Positions 39,957-46,725 of a stretch of DNA of 53,990 bases are shown here, piece after piece. Position 1 is the first letter of the stretch; each line of letters starts with the position of its first letter. Source of the stretch: a virus (Duplodnaviria > Caudoviricetes). The notes beneath the pieces were generated by a model that was given only the letters and a program-made list of their open reading frames with translations, had not been told where the DNA came from and searched no databases. The stretch is from IMG/VR virus record IMGVR_UViG_3300025276_000041, positions 1 through 53,990 of that record. One strand, 5' to 3'. A program made the translations under genes and the position numbers.

Positions 39957-40087
39957 TTTTTTAATTTTAACCATTTAACATACATTCTACTAGCGACTGC
40001 CATTCGCTGAGGCTTGAACTTATAAATCGATCTGATCCTAGCCATAGCTATACGGATAAATTGATTCATCTCATTTTTATTAATCAT
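39953..40087 (-). CDS. Small basic protein (44 aa, MINKNEMNQFIRIAMARIRSIYKFKPQRMAVASRMY...)
   Basis: Translated by hand. Has an A-rich leader downstream of the tRNA-like element. Confidence 0.6.
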   Translation of the reverse strand: MINKNEMNQFIRIAMARIRSIYKFKPQRMAVASRMYVKWLKLKK

Positions 40088-40127
40088 ATCTTTAATTTGA
40101 TTTCTTGGTTATTAACGCACTATGCGT

Positions 40128-40183
40128 TGAGCTGTCAGAGGACTCGAACCTCTCGTCTAACCACAAACGTACCATAGACAGCA
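40128..40183 (-). ncRNA. Miniature tRNA-like element lacking a D-stem
   Basis: GCUGUC / UAUGGUA / CGUUUG-UGGU-UAGACG / AGAGG-UUCGAGU-CCUCU / GACAGC-UCA gives an acceptor-like stem and a perfect T-arm. Confidence 0.65.
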
Positions 40184-40205
40184 ACAGACTGAGGCTTTGC
40201 CCCAA

Positions 40206-40496
40206 TCAATAATCTTCCCTAACTTGATTCGTTAGATATTCTTCTAATATTTCTCTGAGTTCCATTTTAAATTCTTTGGTCATGGGAACAACAAGCGTAT
40301 GATTACCGACAGCCAATACAACCCTAACATCTAGTACTTGCTCAAAGACTGTTTCACCTAAAGATCCGTACTCGGTGTAGTCCATGTGGTGAACTTCACT
40401 CTTGTACTGAACGTATGTATTTAGATCTGCATCAAAATGAAGGTCGTCTTCAAAGTCTGTCCACTCTGATTGATTCGATAAAATTCTATTTTCCAT
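40206..40496 (-). CDS. Hypothetical early protein
   Basis: 96-aa acidic ORF. Confidence 0.65.
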   Translation of the reverse strand: MENRILSNQSEWTDFEDDLHFDADLNTYVQYKSEVHHMDYTEYGSLGETVFEQVLDVRVVLAVGNHTLVVPMTKEFKMELREILEEYLTNQVREDY

Positions 40497-40595
40497 AACT
40501 ATATATTTAACTTGATTACTCGTTTGTTCTATAAAGAACGATAAAAACTACTACCCCACCAAAAATTACTCCGTGTAAAAATTCTGGGGTATACA

Positions 40596-40712
40596 TTACT
40601 TAGGTCTTTGGTCTCTGTCTACCATCCATACAAAAAATAGTATCATGAATCCTATGGTGAAGATTACGGCATCAAAAACACTTAGCCAATCTGAGTGTAG
40701 AAATATGTTCAT
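40596..40712 (-). CDS. Small membrane peptide (38 aa)
   Basis: Translated by hand as MNIFLHSDWLSVFDAVIFTIGFMILFFVWMVDRDQRPK, with an ATGA overlap. Confidence 0.55.
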   Translation of the reverse strand: MNIFLHSDWLSVFDAVIFTIGFMILFFVWMVDRDQRPK

Positions 40713-40825
40713 AGGTTAAATAGGTTTTTTAATATTGAACAAACATACATCGGAACGACAAATGTCATAACGATCAAAACAGTTGCCACAAATAGTGCGA
40801 CAGACTTCTGGAAGTTTTCTTTCAT
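40709..40825 (-). CDS. Small membrane peptide (38 aa)
   Basis: Translated by hand as MKENFQKSVALFVATVLIVMTFVVPMYVCSILKNLFNL, with an ATGA overlap. Confidence 0.55.
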   Translation of the reverse strand: MKENFQKSVALFVATVLIVMTFVVPMYVCSILKNLFNL

Positions 40826-41094
40826 AATCCTAAAGCTTTTTTAAGCGTTAATGTTGCCATCTCATCTTGGTACATCTCTTTCGCTACATCGTCAATAGAT
40901 ATCAGCGTGTATGGTTCAACACCAACAAGTTGTTCTACGACTCCATTATTAATCTCAATTACCCTGTCAAGCAGTTCGTTAAAGTAGTCCTGAGCCTCAT
41001 CGGTATAAGAGCCGTTTAAACGTCCTTTACCTTGGAAGTGCTGATCGACATACTCGCCAACCGCATCTATGATTTCAATTTCTCTATCATTCAT
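40822..41094 (-). CDS. Hypothetical early protein
   Basis: 90-aa ORF with ATGA overlaps. Confidence 0.65.
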   Translation of the reverse strand: MNDREIEIIDAVGEYVDQHFQGKGRLNGSYTDEAQDYFNELLDRVIEINNGVVEQLVGVEPYTLISIDDVAKEMYQDEMATLTLKKALGL

Positions 41095-41414
41095 GATTCT
41101 AGCATTTTAATAAATTCTACTACTGCTTGGTAGGTTCCTTGTAGCTTGGTTTGTCCTTGCTTACATATTGTTATACCACCCCCATTAATGTTGCACTCAA
41201 ACACTTCAATCATTACATTAAAGAAGTTATCTGAATTATCATCATTGTCTGTTGTGATGCATTCAATCTTCTCTACCACAGGCATCAACCAATTCCAATC
41301 GGTTTGAAATTTACTCAGAGATTTAATCGTGTGTGTCCACTCTCCGTTATCAAAACTTCTTTCATCTGAGTATTTCATACCCATAAATTCTGCAATCATT
41401 TTATTATTATTCAT
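41091..41414 (-). CDS. Early phage protein (WNWLMPVVEKIE family)
   Basis: NKMIAEFMG...DWNWLMPVVEKIE...YQAVVEFIK pattern, frequent in Bacteroidota phages. Confidence 0.7.
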   Translation of the reverse strand: MNNNKMIAEFMGMKYSDERSFDNGEWTHTIKSLSKFQTDWNWLMPVVEKIECITTDNDDNSDNFFNVMIEVFECNINGGGITICKQGQTKLQGTYQAVVEFIKMLES

Positions 41415-41430
41415 CTTAATTTATTTTTAA

Positions 41431-41456
41431 TGGTTATGACCATCCCCCGAAGGGGA
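41431..41456 (-). repeat. Early-leader repeat copy 5: hairpin + UGGUCAUAACCA
   Basis: UCCCC-UUCG-GGGGA-UGGUCAUAACCA-UUAAAA. AUAACC starts 23 nt before ATG 41414. Confidence 0.9.
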
Positions 41457-41472
41457 GGTGTTTAAACGAGCT

Positions 41473-41823
41473 CTATTCTGCATTTTTTGGGTAAAGCATC
41501 TGAGCTATATATGCATAGACTCTCTTAGCTTGGGCATCAGACATCTCTCCCGCCTCTTGGTGAATCGTCAGGATATTCATAACAAGAGCTAAGGTTGTAT
41601 CAACGCACCTTTGTGGAGGTAGTGAGGCTACTTCGTTAAATGCACCTAAGCTTACCCTCTCATCAAATCCCTCTTCATAAACGGACTCTGTAACTACCAT
41701 TCGATGTTTTTTTGCTTCTTTCTCTAAAGCCTTAAGACAAGAGATGTATGTCTCTTCACTATTAAATGTTGCTACCTTTTCTGCGTAAGAATGTTTTGGT
41801 GTTTCAAAATATACTGTTATCAT
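41473..41823 (-). CDS. Hypothetical early protein
   Basis: 116-aa ORF flanked by repeat copies. Confidence 0.7.
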   Translation of the reverse strand: MITVYFETPKHSYAEKVATFNSEETYISCLKALEKEAKKHRMVVTESVYEEGFDERVSLGAFNEVASLPPQRCVDTTLALVMNILTIHQEAGEMSDAQAKRVYAYIAQMLYPKNAE

Positions 41824-41839
41824 TTTAAATAAATTTAAT

Positions 41840-41865
41840 TGGTTATGACCATCCCCCGAAGGGGA
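41840..41865 (-). repeat. Early-leader repeat copy 4
   Basis: UCCCC-UUCG-GGGGA-UGGUCAUAACCA, 23 nt to ATG 41823. Confidence 0.9.
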
Positions 41866-41911
41866 TGCGCTTAAGATTTTAAAACTTACTTATGGCTAGC
41901 CCCCTTGCTTG

Positions 41912-42352
41912 TTAGTTTATCTTCCTCCAATATCCTTGAGCATATTTATCTTGACATAGCCAAGTATCTCGGTTAACACCTTTTACAACCGCAGTCCAAT
42001 GCGAGCCATATCCAACCCTGACATCAAAAATATAATTCTCATCTTCAGATAAGATACTCTTGTGCTTATACATAACTTGCTTTTTTCGGTCTTTAATAAG
42101 ACTGATTCTTTCCCAGCCTTTTCTTTCCATATAAATAGTCAAAGTAAATATTGAATTCCCGTCTGGTCTACCCAATTCGTTAACAGCTATGTCTGATAAA
42201 TCTCTAAGGGTTTGCATATAGTCTTGTTCTAAAGCTAAAGCGCAAGCCCTAACCGCACAATCCCCAACATAATCTTTTTTTCTTCCTGTGAGAAAATAGT
42301 TTTCCCTACCCCCGTGAGAAAGTTCATATTTGATATAATCGATTCTTTTCAT
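41912..42352 (-). CDS. Early protein with a papain-like Cys/His/Asp pattern
   Basis: GDCAVRA...HWTAV...DTW. Confidence 0.55.
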   Translation of the reverse strand: MKRIDYIKYELSHGGRENYFLTGRKKDYVGDCAVRACALALEQDYMQTLRDLSDIAVNELGRPDGNSIFTLTIYMERKGWERISLIKDRKKQVMYKHKSILSEDENYIFDVRVGYGSHWTAVVKGVNRDTWLCQDKYAQGYWRKIN

Positions 42353-42368
42353 AATAAATAGTTTTTAA

Positions 42369-42396
42369 TGGTTATGACCAAGCCCCCAGAGGGGCT
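42369..42396 (-). repeat. Early-leader repeat copy 3
   Basis: AGCCCC-UCUG-GGGGCU-UGGUCAUAACCA, 23 nt to ATG 42352. Confidence 0.9.
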
Positions 42397-42402
42397 AGAG
42401 TT

Positions 42403-42595
42403 TTAACAGTTTTCTTCACAGTATTCTTTGAATAGTCTAGATACTTTTCTATTCGTGTTTAGAGTATCTATAACTTCGCCTTCTAAAAGAACATCTGATC
42501 CAGATATAAACTATACCTTCATAGTTGATTGAGTAGACTTCACATCCTCTAAGCATTATTAAAGTGTCTAAAGAGTTTTCATTTAATGTATTCAT
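42403..42595 (-). pseudogene. Small early gene, apparently frameshifted
   Basis: The ATG 42595 frame stops after 48 codons. A +1 frame (ISGSDVLLEGEVIDTLNTNRKVSRLFKEYCEENC) runs to TAA at 42403, next to the repeat. Confidence 0.4.
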
Positions 42596-42610
42596 GATAT
42601 ATAATTTTAA

Positions 42611-42638
42611 TGGTTATGACCATCCCCTATAAAGGGGA
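42611..42638 (-). repeat. Early-leader repeat copy 2
   Basis: UCCCCU-UUAU-AGGGGA-UGGUCAUAACCA, 22 nt to ATG 42595. Confidence 0.9.
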
Positions 42639-42648
42639 ATGGAGGCGT

Positions 42649-43263
42649 TTAAACGACTTGAAGTGATCCATCTGCACACGCTAAACAATCGATGTCTTCA
42701 TCTACAAAGACATTGCCTAGCATTGAGTCGATGTTCTTTTGACTCGTCCTAAAGCTAAATCCGCAACACTCACACTCTACCTTTATGTTTCGTGTTCCTT
42801 GCTTTTTGGCGTTAGTCGGAGTAGTCATCATGTCGTGCGGGAACTCGCCGATCTTCTTGACAATCTTATCACATTTAGACTTTAACTCTGGGCCCGCCTC
42901 GGTAGCTCTCATCTTGCCCGTAAGGCCGATCTTGAGCGCCATGTCTCTGAAGACTTTGCCGTGGCCGTTCTTGTTATTGTCAATTGCGTGGATCAGCTCA
43001 TGAGCTAGGACATCGAGTGTTCTGGAGCTCTTCTTGCGATCAAAGAAAAACGGGTTCATGAATATCTCATGATTGCCCGCAGTGCTACATGATGTGTGCC
43101 AATTTTCGCCGATGCTAAGATTTTTCTGTTTCCTAGTTCCACTGCTCATTATTGATACAGACACATTTACTTTAGGAACTTTTAGCCCGACAGGCTCAAA
43201 GACCTCCCTTGATAGCTCTTGAACTCCTAGTTGGAGCCAAGCTTCTCTATTAACAGTTTTCAT
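42649..43263 (-). CDS. SprT-like zinc metalloprotease with C-terminal Zn ribbon
   Basis: LAHELIH...HGKVF, CECC and CLAC. First gene of the early arm. Confidence 0.8.
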   Translation of the reverse strand: MKTVNREAWLQLGVQELSREVFEPVGLKVPKVNVSVSIMSSGTRKQKNLSIGENWHTSCSTAGNHEIFMNPFFFDRKKSSRTLDVLAHELIHAIDNNKNGHGKVFRDMALKIGLTGKMRATEAGPELKSKCDKIVKKIGEFPHDMMTTPTNAKKQGTRNIKVECECCGFSFRTSQKNIDSMLGNVFVDEDIDCLACADGSLQVV

Positions 43264-43279
43264 AATAAATAATTTTAAT

Positions 43280-43429
43280 GGTTATGACCAACTAGGTAAA
43301 CGATACCTAGTCAGTTGGTTTCGGGCATTGCTGTGGAAGAGTCTTGATACTTACCTCCTAGCCTACGTTTGATCCAGATAGCCCCACCACATCCCTGTGG
43401 CATGCCCCTCTCGGGGTCTTCAGATAACC
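43280..43429 (-). ncRNA. Hammerhead-ribozyme-like RNA with an enlarged, non-canonical stem II region (contains repeat copy 1)
   Basis: GGUUAU-CUGAAGA (43429-43417) ... GAAA-CCAA (43322-43315) ... UUGG-UC/AUAACC (43291-43280). Stems I and III and all conserved core bases are present. Stem II needs an insertion. Confidence 0.65.
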
Positions 43430-43635
43430 TCTCTGGCGTAGCGAGCTTTCGCTCGGTTTTAAGGACATGGATAATGCAACTGATTTTGTGCAGTTTTAAC
43501 TCTGCCATCCGTCTCTCGGGCTCTAACCGACTCTCGGGGTGGAGGATTTAACGATTATCATGCATCAAAGTGCTGACAATCAGGGTGTTACGTTGCGATT
43601 TCCAATATTTCAATGTACAGTGTGCCTCAACAGCT
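43430..43635 (-). ncRNA. Structured 5' part of the early leader RNA
   Basis: GAUUGUCA/UGAUAAUC stem, GAGC-GAAA-GCUC, repeated CCCGAGAG hairpin loops and a boxA-like GUACAUUGAAAUAUUG. Confidence 0.55.
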
Positions 43636-43638
43636 CTG

Positions 43639-43670
43639 TAACAATACGACCTTTTTATTACCTGACCAAA
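43639..43670 (-). promoter_or_regulatory. Candidate early promoter (TTTG-N20-TATTGTTA)
   Basis: Bacteroidota -33 TTTG with correct spacing to a degenerate -7 box (2 mismatches to TAnnTTTG). Confidence 0.45.
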
Positions 43671-44119
43671 TCTTCATGACTCACACTAGGTTTGCGGACT
43701 TTGGTATTCTTACTTTTTGTTTAACCCTTTGTTCATCAGGCGTTTAAACGACACAACATTATATGCTGTCGGACAATAGTAAAATCATTTATAGATGTGA
43801 AAGATGGGCGAGGGGTTAAGGGAAGGCTCTTTCCCTCTGAACTTTCATTCACCCTTGAGGGGAAGGTGTGGGGGTGTGGAGGTGGTGGTGTTTACATTGT
43901 CAAATTCCAAGGTCATGATGCGTGGTAAGTAGCTACAGATACCAAGATGCACCACCTATAGCTAGGCCAAAACAAAAAGCCAAAATAATCGGAAGGAAAT
44001 TTTTGAAACAGAACCCCCCCCTCAAAAAAAAAGTCGTTTTCCAAATCGACCGATGGCGCCCGTAGCCGCAGAGAACCCAAACACTAAATACATCTAATAT
44101 GATTTTGTATCTTTACCGA

Positions 44120-44269
44120 GTGATAGAATCCTACGAGATAGAAATTGTAAATCGTTTAACTATAGGGCCTTGTTTTGGTTTCTCTATATATTTAAAGGAC
44201 GATGACAATGAAATGGGTGAGTGGGTTCTTTATTTAGGATTAATAAGTATTCATTTAAAATATTGGTAA
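44120..44269 (+). CDS. Small hypothetical protein (49 aa), probably leaderless
   Basis: Translated by hand as (M)IESYEIEIVNRLTIGPCFGFSIY...SIHLKYW. GTG lies just after TATCTTTA (44108-44115). Confidence 0.55.
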   Translation: MIESYEIEIVNRLTIGPCFGFSIYLKDDDNEMGEWVLYLGLISIHLKYW

Positions 44270-44270
44270 T

Positions 44271-44456
44271 ATGAAAAACATGGGAGGATTAGACATTAAC
44301 GATGGTCGTTTAATTAATAATGATCCAGCGTCTCAAATTGGTATTCAAAAGATTGTTCGACAAGCTCAATTTTTAAATGCTACAAAGTTGAGTACATTAA
44401 GAAACATTGCTAATGATTCTAAGATGAACATTATGGTAAACATGATGAAGAAGTAG
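44271..44456 (+). CDS. Hypothetical protein
   Basis: 61-aa ORF followed by a terminator. Confidence 0.65.
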   Translation: MKNMGGLDINDGRLINNDPASQIGIQKIVRQAQFLNATKLSTLRNIANDSKMNIMVNMMKK

Positions 44457-44480
44457 TCTTTTTTTATTAGTGTATTATAG

Positions 44481-44508
44481 AAAGGAGTCTTAGGATTCCT
44501 TTTTTTTT
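44481..44508 (+). terminator. Intrinsic terminator
   Basis: AAGGAGTC-TTAG-GATTCCTT followed by a T-run. Confidence 0.8.
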
Positions 44509-44732
44509 ACATCATATATTGGTTTTATGTCGCTTTTTGTATAAATATTCCAGACATATTCCAGTATAAATGTCGTTTATATTACTGATTATTAGAGAGA
44601 TGACAGTTATGACAGTAAATAGACCTTTTGAATTAAAATAAAAAAATATAATAGTAGTATAAAAATATATATATATATATAAAACACTAAAACTCTGGAA
44701 TCGTGTCATTAATGTTTTGTCTATGTTTTGTC

Positions 44733-44740
44733 TATCTTTG
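44733..44740 (+). promoter_or_regulatory. -7 promoter box TATCTTTG for groEL
   Basis: TAnnTTTG 20 nt upstream of ATG 44760. Confidence 0.65.
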
Positions 44741-44759
44741 TTATAAATCAAATTAAATT

Positions 44760-46379
44760 ATGAGTGAATTAGGATATAGCCCAAAGGATTTAACCTTTGA
44801 TTCAAATGCGCGCAAGCGTCTTCAGAGTGGTATAAAAAAGATTAGTAAGGCGGTAAAGTCTACATTAGGCCCTAGGGGTAAGACTGTCTTGATAGAGAGT
44901 CAGAATCATACTAGGGGAATTACCGTTACTAAGGACGGTGTGACTGTAGCAAAGAGCATAGACTTATTAGATCCTGTAGAGAACCTGGCGATACGTATGG
45001 TCAAGGAGGCTGCGGACAATACTGCAACTAGTGCTGGTGATGGAACGACTACGGCTATAGTCTTGACCGAGGCGATTGCATCGTTGGGCATGGATGCCAT
45101 AGATGATAGTGTCAGCTCTACCGAGGTGATAAGAGAGATAGGGAAGCTCACTGACGATGTGGTGAAGCGATTGAAGAAGATGTCGAGGAAACTTGGCAAG
45201 CGAGGACTGCTTGATGTAGCTACGATAAGCTCTAATAATGACAAGGAGATAGGTCGGGTGATTGCTGATGTGTACGGGGCGATTGGTGACAATGGTCTTG
45301 TGACGGTAGAGAAGAGCATGACCGAGGAGACGTACCACGAGGTGACGGATGGGATAAAGATTGACAAGGGTTATACCAACAAGATGTTCGTCAACAACCA
45401 GAAGAAGGACGAGTGCATACTAGAGGACGCTCATATTCTTATGACAGACCACGAGATTACAAACGTTCTGGCGATAGAGAGCATACTAAAGCCCGTGATA
45501 CAGAGTGGACAGCCACTACTGATTATTGGGAGCTGTTCAAACCAGGTGGTGAACACCTTGGCGGCCAATGTTGTCAAGAGCGGTCTGAAGATATGTAACA
45601 TAATGCCTCCTCAGTTTGGATACAAGCAGCATGAGTTGATGGGTGATATAGCCGTCAGTGTGGCTGGGAAGTTTATGAGCGAGAGCCTTGGCGATGACCT
45701 TAGCACAATAACCATGGCTGACCTAGGTAAGGCAGAGAAGGTGATTGTAGGGAAAGATAACACGATAATCATACGTAACGAAACTAATCCAGAGAGCATA
45801 AAGGCCAGAGTAGAGGAGCTTTGGGTTGCTCATGACCATGCTAAGATTAAGCACGAGCGTGACTTCGTAAAAGAGAGAATCGCATCCTTAACGGGAGGGA
45901 TAGGAGTGATATATGTCGGTGCCAATAGTGATATCGAGCAGAAAGAGAAGTACGATAGGGTTGACGATGCCGTGTGTGCCGTCAGATCCGCACTCGAAGA
46001 GGGTGTGTTGCCAGGAGGAGGGCTTGCCCTGTACAACCTGAGCCATAAGTATATGCTCAACGACAAGATGTGGGACGCTAAACAGAGCAGTAAAGAGTCT
46101 CGTATCGCCAATAGAATAATGTCAGAGGCGCTTGTGTCTCCCATGAAGCAGATTATGGTCAACGCGGGTCTAGACCTAGACACTATTATGGACAGTGTTC
46201 AGGGTGAGAACGTAGGCTACGACGTGAAGAACGAATGCTATGGTGATATGTTTAAGATGGGGGTGGTTGACCCACTAAAAGTCACAAAGAACGCGCTAAA
46301 GAACGCATCGAGTGTCGCGACAACGATCCTCAGTACCAACGCCATTGTAACTTTGGCTAGGACATATACCGCTGAATAG
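44760..46379 (+). CDS. groEL: Phage-encoded chaperonin GroEL
   Basis: TLGPRG, TKDGVTVAK, AGDGTTTA, GVLPGGG and GVVDPLKV motifs. No GGM tail. Confidence 0.97.
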   Translation: MSELGYSPKDLTFDSNARKRLQSGIKKISKAVKSTLGPRGKTVLIESQNHTRGITVTKDGVTVAKSIDLLDPVENLAIRMVKEAADNTATSAGDGTTTAIVLTEAIASLGMDAIDDSVSSTEVIREIGKLTDDVVKRLKKMSRKLGKRGLLDVATISSNNDKEIGRVIADVYGAIGDNGLVTVEKSMTEETYHEVTDGIKIDKGYTNKMFVNNQKKDECILEDAHILMTDHEITNVLAIESILKPVIQSGQPLLIIGSCSNQVVNTLAANVVKSGLKICNIMPPQFGYKQHELMGDIAVSVAGKFMSESLGDDLSTITMADLGKAEKVIVGKDNTIIIRNETNPESIKARVEELWVAHDHAKIKHERDFVKERIASLTGGIGVIYVGANSDIEQKEKYDRVDDAVCAVRSALEEGVLPGGGLALYNLSHKYMLNDKMWDAKQSSKESRIANRIMSEALVSPMKQIMVNAGLDLDTIMDSVQGENVGYDVKNECYGDMFKMGVVDPLKVTKNALKNASSVATTILSTNAIVTLARTYTAE

Positions 46380-46416
46380 TTAAAAAATTCGAACACTAAG
46401 CCTTGAAACAAAAGAT

Positions 46417-46725
46417 ATGAAGCCAATTGGGAAATATATTATCATAAATAAGATTAGCGAGCAGGTAAAGACAGATTCGGGGCTTATTCTCTCTGATGAC
46501 GAGGCGACAACCTTCAGATATAAGAAGGCAGAGGTCGTTAAGGTGGGCACGGAGGTGACTGCTATTGCCGATGGGGACATAATATACTATGACCGCAACA
46601 CAGGGCACACTATGATTATCGATGAGACAACATACTCGGTGATTACCGAGAGAGACGTCGTAGTTGTTGACTCTCCTGGCGAAGATTCAGCATATACTTC
46701 CGATAAACCTTGTCAGTGTAAGTAG
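46417..46725 (+). CDS. groES: Co-chaperonin GroES
   Basis: MKPIG...KTDSGLIL...VVKVG...GD...ERDVVVV, directly after groEL. Confidence 0.9.
   Translation: MKPIGKYIIINKISEQVKTDSGLILSDDEATTFRYKKAEVVKVGTEVTAIADGDIIYYDRNTGHTMIIDETTYSVITERDVVVVDSPGEDSAYTSDKPCQCK

Noticed and set aside
40128-40183. Canonical tRNA gene
   Set aside because: It is too short, with no D-stem and no 7-nt anticodon loop, so it is reported as a tRNA-like element instead.
41431-43290. The five repeats as a CRISPR or mini-array
   Set aside because: The conserved part is only 12-18 nt, the spacing is 240-670 nt and is filled by whole genes, and there are no cas genes.
41431-43310. The repeats as N4-type hairpin promoters or intrinsic terminators
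   Set aside because: There is no U-tract and no recognisable virion RNA polymerase. The RNA-type UUCG loops and exact complementarity to the hammerhead arms fit RNA processing better. Not fully excluded without end mapping.
43311-43551. ORFs 43311..43508 (-) and 43369..43551 (+)
   Set aside because: They lie inside the GC-rich structured leader, lack A-rich initiation regions and have atypical composition.
44512-44751. 79-aa minus-strand ORF
   Set aside because: It runs through low-complexity (AT)n sequence (YIYIYF) and is likely spurious.
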